Assembly: GCA_048772705.1 (NCBI GenBank)
Contig: JBLWGC010000036.1
Span: 186,001 to 250,000, forward strand
DNA: 64,000 nt
Reading direction: 5' to 3'
Source: Leidyana gryllorum EB-2025a
Taxonomy: Eukaryota; Protista; Apicomplexa
Below, one piece after another: positions 36,934 to 50,181 of this stretch. Made by a program: the position numbers and the translations under genes. Below the pieces are notes generated by a model that was not told the origin of the DNA, did not search any database, and was given only the letters and a program-made list of their open reading frames with translations. How positions within the stretch are numbered: position 1 is the stretch's first letter; each line of letters starts with the position of its first letter.

Positions 36934-39150
36934 ATGGGTGATGTCTCAGCCCCATCTCCTGGAGCCCTTCTAGGAAGAAGACGGGGAACCAGCACTGCAG
37001 AGAAGAGACGAAGACCGCGATCGAAAGGCTCTCCTCCGCCCCCTCAAGTCAACAAGGTTCCCCCGGCTGCGGAAGAAGGCCATCTAGTGGATAGCTGTAG
37101 CGCTGCCGGGAGTCTCGTCGAGGTTACTCCCTCCCCTGAAGTCACAGACAGTCCCACGGCTGCCTCATGCGAGGCGTTAGATGAGACATTAGCGTTTGGT
37201 ACACCTCAAGACTTAACATATCTACTCAGTCTCGAGGGTTATGTCGGTGCGATACGGCTGAAAGACGGTCTGTTTCTCGGAGACCAACTCGCAGCAATTG
37301 ACCAAGATTTCTTCAATGCTAATCTGGTACTGTATGTTATAAACTGTAGCGGCGACGAGATTGCAAACCACTTCGAGGGACAATGTATCAACGGACAACC
37401 GATAACCTATCTGACTTTCAACTGGCGTGATGCCGATGGTGAGGTAAGCACAATAACAGCTTGCGCTGATTATCACCTCTGAGAGGGACACACACACACA
37501 CAGAGAATACTGACACCGAGAGGCAACTCGCTAAGACGCATCTGCAACGTCATCGACACGGCCGAGGCAACTGGAGCCAGTTGTTTGGTGCATTCCAAGT
37601 TTGGCAAGTCCCGTGCTGTCTGCAGTGTCTGTGGCTACTTGATGATTCGGTGAGTCACCATACCATAAACTCCCTTAATCCCCCACCCCTCCCCGGGCGT
37701 CAATCTCTGTGTCTCGACATCGATCGTGCTCGACAGCTATCGTTGGTCTGCGGCTAAAGCATTGGAGTTTCTGATCACTCGCCGACCGGATCTCACACTA
37801 AGGCGGAGCTTCGTCCGTCAAATACTGGCTCTCGAGAAGAGACTCTCGAAAGAGTCCGATCTACGAATATCAAACAACTGGGATGGTGAGCTCCCTCGAC
37901 ACTGTTTGCCCACTTCCGCGCGCGCAGAGTTTGTCAGCAAGTTTCCCGAAGATGAGCTGCTTTTGCGTAACACTTTCAAGAATTCTCACGTCAACGAAGC
38001 CTCTGCCACATTGGCGCAATGCAATGGTCCGAAACAGGGTGGTCGGAACGGCACAAATAATGCCTCGCTCGGTGAAACTCGGGTACAATGGAGATCCACT
38101 GAGTTCATCGAAGAGTCCTACAAAGGTCCACCCCCGCGGATTGGAGCACCTCCCCCACTCAAATCGAATTTGAAGCACAGGCGACCCAAGGCCAGCCGCC
38201 GAAGAGCGACCGCGTTGGAGGATTCTCAGATTGTCGCTGCCCCCACTCGCAGCGCTGTCAAACCGGATGATAAAAGAGGACGAAGAAATCAAAGCGAAAA
38301 GAAGAAGACAAGGTCCCTGAGCCCACCCCAGGAGACACGAGTTATCGCATCGATCGTCAGTGTCCCGGAGGCTCCAGCTCGACGCACTATAGCCAATGTG
38401 GCCGAACTGCGGCACATTGGCCCGCAGACGGAGATGCGCAGAACGACTACACAAGCTGTGCCAGCTCCCTCCTCCTCTCATGACACCCCTCCCCATTGGG
38501 TTACGGCAACAGCCGCTGATCCGTTAATCGCTCGAGTCGACGCCAATCTCACTGGTCGCCACATACGACGCTATGCTTCGGCGACGGACTCCTATCGGAC
38601 CTCGAACGTCCAAAGATCGGATGTCCCCACGGTTCAACCCACACGGATCCGGTGGCCGCACACGATCAGAGGAAGTGTGCCTCCTTTGCCCGTTGGCTAC
38701 CCGCCAATGCCCCCCCATAGTTATCAGACCACAGCTGCCTATTGTACCCCTCCTATGCAGGTTGCGCCTGAGTATCAGTCATCTCAGCGTCTCCCGATGC
38801 CTCCGGCCATCGCGGAGTCGCCTCTTGCTCTCCAGCAACACGGGTACGTCCATTGCCTCCTCCTCACTTCCGGAACGCTTTTTGATGTCAGAGACAAAAG
38901 GGTTAGGGTGCATTCGGAACGACGACCTCTCTCACACGAGCCCGGCCTCCCTGGTGGCAGTCAGCGTCGATCTGTGAGCCCCCATAGGCTGCTACAACCA
39001 TCTCCTCTACACAAGCTGGATCAGATGAATCAACTAAATCGGCAACAACAGAGTCGTTTCGCAGCACAGAATTCCTACATTCGACCCTTTTTTGTCCGAG
39101 CAGACAATCAACCACCCAAGTGGGGGAGGCTCAATCCTCATATAGCCTAA
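36934..39150 (+). CDS. Dual-specificity phosphatase-like protein, catalytic Cys replaced by Ser
   Basis: GLFLGD..A, VINCS, then exon 37504-37649 reading CLVHSKFGKSRAVCSVCGYLM, then YRWSAAKALEFL..RRPDL..F..Q. Long disordered C-terminus. Confidence 0.85.
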
Positions 39151-39210
39151 ATCGCGCAGTGCTTCCAACTCTAACTTCTCCGCCCCTAAAGTGGAGAAGC
39201 AATGTTGAAC

Positions 39211-42200
39211 TCACTCGCGATCGATCCAGCAGTTGTCACTCACCAACACTGTGCCCTCGTCCGGCACCGAGTCTGAGCTGCCAGGTGGATGAGCAGCACT
39301 TGACAGGAGGGAAGCCCCAGCGGTTATTTCCTTGGGCGCGAGCGGTGTGGCTGGATGGTCTCCACCCTCTTGGGTATTTTGTCCACTCAATAATGCATCA
39401 CCGCATTTCACCAACAACTCCTGCACCTCCCGGACTGATGCCATCCGATACTTTGCGCGACTCAATCGGCCAGACACACTGAGACAACCGAGTTGACAAG
39501 TGACGACAAGAGACCTGGACTCACGTGACACTGAAGAAGTTGTCAGAATCTCGGGCTGTTGGTGACGCTGCATCCGATACCGCCAACGCTACCAGGTCTC
39601 TACTACTACCAGAGAAAGACTTCATGACTGGTGGAGGGTCTGTCATACTCTCCAAGAGAGAGTATATATTCTCGTCCGAGCTCGGATATGTACCCAAACA
39701 GGCCACAAAGTCATACCACTCTCGTCCGGTCTCCTGAAGTATGCGGTCGAGAACTTGGCGGAGTAATTTCTCGCGCGAGCACGACGCCGGTCGGATTTCT
39801 ATCGACTTGGAGTTCAAACTGACATCAACTGACCCTTGGGGTACATTCGCCAAGGGCCCCGCCCACAAATGTACCAGCAGCTCGCGCGCGTGTGCTTGAC
39901 TCACATCGTCCTGCAAGTCTTCCCAATGCCACGTTATCGCCGCAGCAGTTGTGTCGATATAGCTGCCAGGCGACCGACGTTGCACCCACTCCACGATTTT
40001 GTGCACTTCGGGCATCCACGACTTGGCTTCCAGATCCAGCCGTTCCGGGACCACCAAGTCCACCCAGTGACCCTCCAGATCTCTGAAGGAGGCGCGAAGT
40101 GGGAAAACAAAGCCGCCTTTACGCCTCACTGCCCCACCTGAAGGCACATCCTTTGCTCGCCACCAACACTGCTGGAATTCCACCGAAGAGTTTATCCATC
40201 ACAGCTGGCGACGCAGCAGATGATATGATAAGTGTAGTGGTGCTGCAGGCAGCGAGCCGTTTCAATGCTTGGTGAACGTGCTGTGGGATCTGCACCAGAC
40301 TCTTGAATTGCTTCATGGCCAAACCTCGTTGCCCTTTGGACGGCACCATACAATCGATCAACTCCACCATAATAAGTCGAGAGCCGGCTTTTTGCATAGA
40401 CTCCACAAACTGATCCGAGTTCAGCAGCGGCGGGATCGCAGCCCGGACTTCTTCACCCTCTTCACAAGCGTCAAACAGTGTATCCAGGAAACTCTCAGCC
40501 CACTTCTGACTCGTGTGTGTCATCACATGCCGGAAGCAGTAACTGGGAGGGAAGATATGCACAGCATTGTTCAGAAGAGGGAAGATCTCACTCGTGCCGG
40601 CTTCGGCGCTCGTCGGGAGACATACTGAGTGCCTCTTTCAGCACTGTTGCGGACTCGTCCAGGTTCCACGGGTTCAGTCGCAGCGCCCCCGCGCCGAGAG
40701 ATTGCGAGGCGCCAGCGAACTCGGACAAAACCAATACCCCATGACGACCTTTCTATCTCGGCAGTTTGGAGGGTATCGCGGCGGGCGACGCGCTCACCTG
40801 GGCAACAACGTACTCAAAGGCCACCAGATTCATCCCATCACGCAGAGAAGTGATAAAGGCGACATCTGAGGCTCTGTACAGCGCCACAAGCTGAGGAAAG
40901 GCAAGGGATTGATCGAGATAGTGGATAGGCTGGAACCCCAAACCACCACGCCGTCCATTGATTTTGCCAACCATTTCGTGGACCTGTGACACGTCACATT
41001 GAGGCCAACAATTGATCAGTTGCGCACCGCAGATTTGAGACGCTGATATTCCGGAACGTCAGATCGACTGGGAACCGCAAGCTGGACTAAAACACACTTT
41101 GCTCGCCATTCCGGATACAACTCCAGAAAGCGATCGAAAGCATTGAGCTTATGCGGGATGCCTTTCATATAGTCCAATCGATCGACACCCAGGATGACTT
41201 TCCTGGACTCGCCAAACTGTCTCCGAAGCCGAGCCACATGCGCTTTCACATCATCATCTTTGATCATGTTCACAAACTGCAACGGCTCTATGCCAATGGG
41301 GATCGAGGCGCACTTGACAACACCTCCGCCGATTGGGGTTGCATCGATACCGTCCGCTGCACCTTCCAGACCGAGTAGATAGCGACAGCTCTGCATGAAA
41401 TGGCGTTGGTAGTCGTACACGTGAAAGGCCAACAGGTTGGCTGCCAACAGCCCAGTTAGAATCTCCGTGCGGAACGGAAGCATCCGAAACACCTCGTGTG
41501 CTGCAAACCAAAACAAACGACACCCAGTCTCTGTCAACACGTAACATCACTCACTCGGCCACGGGGTGTGCAGAAACCATCCAATACGGAGATGAGGACA
41601 CCGATCCCTCAACATACGCGGCACCAACATGAGGTGATAGTCATGAACCCAGATGTAGGGCTTGTCATCTCTAACGACATAAACATTGCCGAATACCAGT
41701 ACATCACCTAATCAGAATGCCTACTCTGGATACTGTTCGCAAGCTTTAATAATAGCATCAGTAAACATCTCATTGGCTTTGAGGTAGTACGAGAACTCCT
41801 CGTGCACCGTGTCCACGCTGCCCACGTCCATCGGAGGGGGCACATAGTGGAACAACGGCCACAGTATATTGTTGCAGAAACCATTATAGAAGTACTCAAT
41901 GGTCTCTGGCGCCAGGTATGACACCGCAACGAAGGGACACTCCACTCACTCTGATCTAGGAAAACTGGATAAGAACCCTCCTCTTGACATCGCTTGAGCA
42001 CCGCGGGCTGCAACGCAACATCGATCTCTCCACCCGGCCATCCCATCCACAGACAGTCTATGCCACTAACGCCCCTTAGCGCCGACACCAAACCACCCGA
42101 ACTCCGCGACACTGCGAATTCCCCATCAGGCTTAACTGTAACCGTAATCGGCAATCTGTTAGCCACCACGATGGCCCGGGTATCGCTATCATTATAAATG

Positions 42201-42271
42201 TTAGTCCACCTCGACAATTCTTACTGCTTCGATGGAAGCTTAACCACTGACTGTGTGAGATTGTCCGACAT
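39211..42271 (-). CDS. TPS1: Trehalose-6-phosphate synthase with C-terminal phosphatase-like domain
   Basis: [59 protein letters not shown] and RDGMNLV. TPP-like domain at 39.2-40.5 kb. Confidence 0.94.
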
Positions 42272-42302
42272 GTCTTTCAATCTATTTTTGCACTATCGCC
42301 AC

Positions 42303-45300
42303 TCATTCCTCTGTTTCCAGGATGTCTGCATACAGAGGCAGTAAATAACGCTGGCAAAATGCGAAGAACGCTGCGTGACGAGTCAAATTCTCTTCTTCAA
42401 TCTTAGCACTAATTGGACCTTTGTTCGGAATAGTTGCACGAGTCGCCACCAGCTGGAAAACACTGTCTTTCCCGCCATCCAGCCACCTCTTTCTCACCAA
42501 TGTAAGGACGATCGTGTATCCAATATCGTCCAGGAGACGATCCCACCAGGCATAATCTAGTTGATTGACGCTTGTGCCGCTGGGAGTTGTATGACTACGT
42601 GAGAACTTGAGCCATATCTTCTCAAACTAACAGGGAACAGAGATGGCACGATCAAACAGTAACCGACACGTACCCAATCATTCATCGCCATCGTCTGAAA
42701 AATGGACGGCAACTCGAGACGCATCAAGAATCGACAGTAACCAATCTGCGTCAATGGAACGCTGGCCCGTCCATCTGCCTTCTTGTGGTACTCAGCCATC
42801 GTCATCGCTTTGAAAATCTTCTCCATCATCTCGCGACACCTATGACAAAGATTGAAACGTCAGCAAGCCGCTCAAACTAACCAGGGCAAAGTGCCTATCG
42901 TTCTGCGCAAGAATACAATGTCGCCAAAGGACGCGGCACGCCACAACTTCTTGGCAGAAGCCACAATCTGGGCACTCAGATCTTCAATGGGATCCAGCTT
43001 GAGCCGCTTAACAACATCACCCTCGAGTCCTGGCTTCTTGTCTCCTGGTTTGCCCCCTTTGCCAGTCGCAGCTGCTTGGGTCGGAGGCAAGGGCGCCAGA
43101 TCGCCTCTTTCACAGCGGATACGACGCTTTAAAATCAATGCTCCCACAGGAGTGTGCAACACATGAGTGTCTATTGCTCCGGTGGTTTGATCACCGCGGC
43201 TAAGAATGATCCGAGCTTTGTTGTGACTTTCCTTCTTCTGCGTCAGGAATTGTTGGGCCACTGACTCTATCTTTTCCTCCGCTTCTTTCATCGACACCAC
43301 AGCACCAGGAGTACTCAAAGCCTGATCAGACCAAATCGAGAGTAACATCTGACGCAACTCATTCGCTGCATCTCGTTTTCGACTTAGGGTCTTGATTAGA
43401 TCATCGCGATCTTTATCTGTAGTGGGGACCAAAGGATCCAGCCCATCGACTGTACCTCCCCGATCACTGAGCCCAGCGCAATCTTCCAGTGTAACTTCTC
43501 TCGGGGGGAATTGAATGACACTTTCGGTGAAGTTGTTCCACACTCTCCACAAGTTCTTTGACAGCCGGAGAAACTCACTTTCTCTCTCGCTGAGTTGTCG
43601 CTCACGCCATCTGGCTTCCGCCTCCAAAGTTTTCAGCTCGTGGTTCTCCAACATACGATGCAGATGCTGGCCAACGTACTCTGCCATGATGGGTCGATAC
43701 AGTCTGATCATTTCTTCCACAACTGTTGTATAATGGCGCACAGCTTCACCGATCGTCTTGCAGCGACCGCTTTGCAATTCTCGCACGACCTCCAGTAGCT
43801 TCGCGCACTTGACCTCGGCCATTTTGGCCAGGTGACCCCTCAGTGTTTCCAGCGCCTTTCCTCCTCTGCCTTCCATCTTCCTAGCAAGTCTCCAGTTTTC
43901 CGATCGCAGCTCTATTATACTCTGCTTCACTTTCATCAACTCCCGTTGCAAAAGAGTTGCTTGCTCGTCATAGTAGCCTCCTCCCCCCGCATATGCACCC
44001 ACATGATCGTCCAATCCGCTTCTCTTGAGAACCACTCCCGCTGGATTCTGCTGGAAGAGCTCCACAGCTGACTGACATGTGGACCGCCTGTGAAGGTTTA
44101 TACAGATAGCATTGTTATACGGGAACTTACATTGTCTTCCAAAAGTCTTGGAGCTCTCCTACTGTCATATTCTCCACGTCCGCCTCCTTGTCTCGAATCT
44201 GTTGGATACCTCGCACAACAGCCTCTCTAGCCGCCACAGTTGCCAGATGCCTTTTCAGATTACATCCGGGTCCATGACGTGCTTTTCGATCATTCAAGAG
44301 TGGTCGAAGTACATGGAGCCAGGGAATCAAGCTCGTATACCATTTAACAGCGTCAGTCAGCCCCTTGACAGAAACCTTAAAAGGACAATTGCGAAGTGGT
44401 CTCCCGTCGACCGTGACGCTGATAGATGCTGTAAGTAAGTCTTCAGGGACCCACTTTGCCTCCAACAAAGAGTCACGAGTGACAGCCCCACCCTGAGCGT
44501 ACATCTTGGCTGAGAACTCACGCAATTCTGCTACAAGATGCTCACTCTCTCGGGCTTCTCGATCGAACTGTCGGCGGTGTCGCAGCAGAAGCTCCATGTC
44601 GTGGATCGATAAAGGCAAAGAGTACGTAATAGTCGCTCGGTAAGGATTCTCGGGGCCTTCGCCCCTCCACTGCAGACTGGTGTCGCCGGCTTTGGCGTTT
44701 TTGCTCAGAGCCACTTGAAGAATGTTGTCACGGACTCGCACCCTACCTCCCTTGCTGTCCTTGAGGATAATTTCCACCTCCGTCTCTTGATTCTCAGCTA
44801 ACTTGCGACGGTCCTCGACTTCGCGTTGTAATCGTTGCAGACGCTCTCGACTGAACGCATCGGGTTGGAAACCCGGAGCACTGAAAAGACCGAACTGGGT
44901 GTAACCCACTTCGGGATTGTCCAAGTCATGTTGCCAAATGTCAAGACACTCTTGAAATAGCTCCAGGACTTCTGTAGAGACGAAGGCAACAGGAGAAGTC
45001 AGCATCACCAGACTGCTGGCTTGAGGATCAACAGGGCCCGGATGGAAAAGGGGACTGAAGGGGGACGCGGCGATGGGCAACCCATTCACGAGAATCTCCA
45101 GGGAGTAACGTCCGGCGCTGTGAGCAGAGATCAACGGTCCATCAGCTTCACTCACCGAGGAACCTCATACTGAACTTCGTAAATGCCGTTTTTGTTGTCG
45201 GTCACTTGCCAAGCCACATCGGGGCTCTCCACCCGTTCGACTTTCCATCTTTCAACCTCTCCCCGCTCACCACCAAGATTGATCTCTTTCGACCAGGTGA

Positions 45301-45850
45301 ATATCGGACCACCTTCACCGAGATGGAAACCTTTGGCACTCAGAAAGTAGAACCGTACAAATACTAAGGCTCCTCCATGAAGTATACGTCGGCTGCGCAC
45401 GTCGAAAGCTGTGACCTCGAATCGATGTTCTGCAACTACGCTTCCTCCTCTCAATCCTTCACCAGTGGCTATGCAGTGACTCGGCGACACGATCTCCAGC
45501 ACTTGGCTGGTGAACAGTAATCGAGCAGATTGGCCCCGCGGAGCCGTGGGTTGCGTTGAGAATGCGTCCTCGCCCACTTCTAACTTATCGGCAGCGGCTT
45601 CAATCGGCTCCTCAACAGGCTGAACTGTCTCATCATCAGAATGATCGAACACCTCGAAATCTAATCCGTCTTCTAACGATTTGTTGTCAGGTGCTTTCTG
45701 TGGCGTGCCTGAGAGTCTCGGGATGAAAATACGCAGCGATGATGGGTCCGCCTGTGCATCCGACGAGCTGGAGGATTGCGATGGCGTCTCACGCGGCACA
45801 GAGAGCGTAATTGGCTGCAATTCCCCCTCCATGGGTGAGTGTGTCTCCAT
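42303..45850 (-). CDS. Large filamin/ABP280-repeat and coiled-coil protein
   Basis: PSHCIATGEGL..F.V.A.D..GG, VTDNKNGIYEVQY, GRYSLEILVNGLPIAASPF and a second repeat end VDGRPLRNCPFKV. Coiled-coil in ORF 42872-44065. Start approximate. Confidence 0.7.
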
Positions 45851-45960
45851 GTGTGCGATACTGACTGGGAGTGTGTGCAAGATTCCTTATAACTAGTGCC
45901 ATTGACTGATTGATAGTTAGAAGCAGGGGGCATGGATACAGGATCAAGGACACAGAAACT

Positions 45961-47201
45961 TCACCGGCGGCTAGATTTCGCTCGCTTGGAGCCGCTCTTT
46001 CGACTTCGAGTCTTGACCACAGTGGGAGTGCCGATGAGAGGTGACGCTTGGAGACCAGAGCTGAAAGCCACTGGCGAAACACTGGGGGACGCCATCATCC
46101 CGACGGATGAATACTCATGAGCTGGAATAAAGGATTTATTGCCAAGAATTGAAGCTTGTTTTATACCAATCGGGTGAGATGGAGACACATTGAGTGCCCG
46201 AGCTGGGCCGGTCAGCACATCAGTGGTCACACCAGATCGCCATTGAACACCAGCCCCTGCTATCCCAGACCCTATCAGTGGCGAAGTAATCGAGGGGCTG
46301 CCGTGGAGTACGGAGTTATGATAGACTGAATGGTTGCTGTGGTATACTCCTGGTGATGGCGCACCAGCTACTCCCACGAGACCCTCAACTCGGCGGAAAG
46401 GGATCTGCGTCAGTTGTTCAGCAGTCAGATGCGGATTTAAGGACCGGAGATACGTGTTGTACTGAACTGCATCGAGCTCAATGCGATGATGCTTCTCGTC
46501 AACAAGGCCTCGGGACCGGATAGGTAGGTCAACAATTTTAGCCACCGGAACAATAACTTCTACGACATCGGCCGAATACTCGGTGACAGCGACGGGCACA
46601 CGTTCCCTGCTTTGAACGAATTCAGGTCGCACAGTCTGTTGAACGAGGACCGGGTGTTCTTCTTGAACATAACGAGGAATTGTAATCTCCTTTTCGACCC
46701 GATAGGGCTTGGGGACTTCTATAACCTGATTAGGGAAGGTTAGTCGAAGGGCTTGGAGATCCGACTCACCTGACCAGGGACTTCCACTATCTTCTCGACA
46801 ACACGGGTTTCAATTCTGGGGATGCGTTCAATTATCTCTTTGGGGACATCAACCACTTGCGGAATATCTACATAGCGAATATCTTCTTGTACTTGAGGCA
46901 CCTGTGTGAACAGTTAAGAAGTTCAATGAAGTTTTCGTACCTCCACGACGCGGTCGACATACTCCACTTGAGGCACTTCGACCGTCTTATCGACATATTT
47001 ATACTCAATCTTTGGCACACGCTTGACGATCTCGACAACTTCCCGTTTGGGCACTTGCCGGATCACCTCTTCAATTACGGGAACTTCGACATATCGTACT
47101 GGTTCGTGGGTGGGCACGTTGCCCAACAATTCCTCTCTGAGAACTACAGAAGATACTTTTCGCTCGGTTTCTTGCCGATGACCACCATATGCACTCGACA
47201 T
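45961..47201 (-). CDS. Alveolin / inner membrane complex (IMCp) protein
   Basis: V/E/P/K-rich repeats such as YVEVPVIEEVIRQVPKREVVEIVKRVPK, VDKTVEVPQVEYVDRVVEV and EKIVEVP, typical of alveolate alveolins (IMC7/IMC12-like by recollection). Confidence 0.9.
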
Positions 47202-47265
47202 GGCCAGCAGCAATTGGACTTTTTTTGTAACACTAAGCTGGAATCAGCACTCTCTAAAATGTGCA

Positions 47266-48613
47266 TCACCGTGTGGGATCCTTCATACTGGCCCTCTTCA
47301 GAAGGTAATTTCTCTGTCTTCCCAAGCGGGACTTGAGACGTTGGTACTTCTCGCGAGTCATCTTGAGGGACAGCTCGGTTGCTCCTCTCCGGAAGATTGA
47401 ACGCATCCGATCCTGCAGTGCGACTGCGGCGCTGGGGATGGCAGCACGGCGAAGACTTCCGCTTGATTCTGCTAGAGCTTCTGCCGTGGCGACTGCCGTA
47501 TCGGCCTCTTCTCTATAGACGACTTTACCCAATCGGAAAGACTTAACTTCGCCGCGCCTCCGCGACTCATCCCAAAACTCTTTCAGCAAGCGCCTATACT
47601 CTTCTCTGGCTTCGGTCTTCTCTTGTTCATCTTTGATCTCGGCCAAATACTCATGGATTCGCTCGAACTCCTTTTGCACCTCCTTGCGTCTGCGGTGTTT
47701 CTCGACTTCCTCCTCATGGGCTTTCCGACGGGCTTCTTTGGTGCGCTCCTTTGAGGTTTTGCCAATGGGTTTGACTTCACCCAACGGCTTGGGATCGAAT
47801 TCATCGTCCTCCTTCTCCTCGACGGGATCTGAGGATCCCTGCTCTGCTTTGACTTGGACGGCGTCTTCTGGTTTCACAGAGGACTTCAATGTGGGCAGTA
47901 CCCGAGCCAAGAAGTCCTCGGGGTCTTCGGGGAGATGCTGCGATTCTTTCACAAGGCGGAACAGTGCGAACTGTTCTGGCTCTTCCAGAGAATCGACAAT
48001 ATCCTCAGGGAATATATTCATGAGGAACGATGTTACGGGCTTTATGGTATCAAACAATATCTCTTCGCCACTTCGCTCCTCACTGGCTTTGGCAGCCTGA
48101 GAGAGTAAAACCTGTTTCCATTGTTCCACATCCGGATTTAAGGACTGTCCAGGCTTAGCCACCACCACTTTGGGCACTTCAGCGAAGACTTTGGGAGCTT
48201 TCTGGACTTTGCGCTTCTTGGACGGAGGTTCCTGTTTGTCGTCATCCCACAAATCGAAAGGCTTCTTTCCCTCTTTGGCAGACTGCAACAAGAAAGAAAG
48301 AGTGAATTGGTGTCATCAAGAAGAGATTACTCACCTCTTTCTGCTTCTGCAAGGTGGCTTTCCGAGCCTCGACGAATTGCTGCTCCTTCTGGAGTTGCTT
48401 TGTGGTCTTAGAATGTCCCCGGACGAGAGCAGCCACCTTCTTCTCTTGCCTCTTGCTCAACTTGCCCGAGGTATCGACTGTGAACAAGTCTTCCTCCGCC
48501 TTTGATTGCAGCTGAGATGCCACGCGACGGCGTTCCACACTCTCCGTGTGCGCTTTGATCACATCCTCGACCTCTGCCTTCCTCCACTTGCCCTTCCGTG
48601 ACTTGACAGCCAT
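47266..48613 (-). CDS. NOP53: Ribosome biogenesis protein Nop53 (GLTSCR2)
   Basis: N-terminal SRKGKWRK, arch-interacting motif LFTVD, charged middle region, C-terminal GSLRR..LQDRMRSIFRRG. Confidence 0.82.
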
Positions 48614-48648
48614 AGTCAAGTCTAAATTTTTTGTCCTGGTGCGAGGCG

Positions 48649-50158
48649 ATGGGGAGCGATGTCAACAGTTCTCAGGAGCTTTCTTTGATCTTCCGCACGA
48701 AGCTCACAGCTCCCGAGTATCAATTAGCTGACGCCGGTCCATATGTCATACCTGCGAGTAGCGCGAGAGAGGACCTTGACATAGTGAGTGCACTAATAGA
48801 ATTTTGAGTCTCAAAACTCCTGCACAGTTATTGAAGGGTTTGCTAGAGCTTGAGGTTGAGAGACCCGTCTTTGACTTTCGGGTTAATAACTTACCAGTCA
48901 GACTCCCATTGGCACAGTGAGTAGACCACATTCTGATCTAACCTCACTTCATTTTGTCGCCGGCCGCAGACTCCTTCAGGAAAATGAGTTGTCCACCGAG
49001 CTCACCATTGAGGTGGATTACTTCCTCTTGTGGACTTCCAACGAGCCCCAAGTGATCCAAGATACGCCATCGCCAGTAATTGACATGGCCAAGATTGACG
49101 GAAAGCTCCTTATGCTGTGTGCCAATGGAAGTATGCTGTTGCGAGATCACGGCAACACTAACGAGAAGGACAACAGCGTCTTACAACAATGGACACTGCC
49201 CAGCGACACACCGCTTTGCCTTTTGCCCAGCCATCCTGGTGGAGCACAGTATATCCTGTCGAAAGCCGGAGAGATATATAGTGTGGACACCACCAAAGCT
49301 ACAGAGCCTCACGAGTGCTTCAACGTCGTGACGGAGTCGCCTTTTACAGTTGCTGCTGTCAACAGTGACCGGTCCATGATGGCATTGGGATGCAACAATG
49401 GCGACATAGTAATGGTGCGGCTGGAAGCGTTGTGGAAGGAGGGCGCAGGCAAAGCGCGAGTCAAAGCTAACAAGAAACGTGCAGCAGACGGTTCCCCGCC
49501 GGGCGGCAAAACGGTCGAAACTCTAAGTGTTGCGAGAGTCATCGCGCAGGCGCACATTGAGAGCGTCACCGGTCTGGCGTTTTATGAAAATGTGGAAAGT
49601 AGAACCTTCTATCTATTGTCGGCTGGGCTTGACAAGGCTGTGAGAGTTTGGGACTATCTGGACGGTACCAAGGAGCACGGATTCGACACCCCTGCAGCTG
49701 TGACCAGTCTGGTCTGTGCTGGCGAGTCCTCCTCCTCCTCGATCATCACTGGACACATCGATGGACGAGTCAGGTTATGGAATTTGCAGAACATCACGAT
49801 GCCCAGTGGCAACATGGTGCTGGTTGCATCCTGGGCTGCCCATTCACGAGTCGTTCATCGTTTGCAGCCACACTGCGAAGACGCCTCCATAGTCGCGAGT
49901 GCGTCCAATGACCAGAAGGTTTCCGTCATTGACTTGACTGCCCGTAACATTCCGCTGTGTATGGTGAGTGGGGTTTCAGACCAATCGGCTTCTTTATATA
50001 CACATCACCTTCTCCTTTTTCAGCAAGCAGTGCCTCACCATCTCAAATATCGACGACAAGAGTTGCCTGTCATACCATCAGCCACCTTGTGGTGGACATC
50101 TCGCAGACTGCTTGTGGGAACATCACACTGTAACTTGCTCGAGTTCAATTACGCTTGA
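48649..50158 (+). CDS. WDR12: Ytm1/WDR12: NLE ubiquitin-like domain plus WD40 repeats
   Basis: Spliced N-terminus reads FRTKL..YVIP..LLKGLL..FDFRVN..VRLPL..LSTELTIEVDY (NLE domain). WD repeats SAGLDKAVRVWD and TGHIDGRVRLWN. Confidence 0.8.
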
Positions 50159-50181
50159 ATGTTGTTGTTAACTATTGGGGA

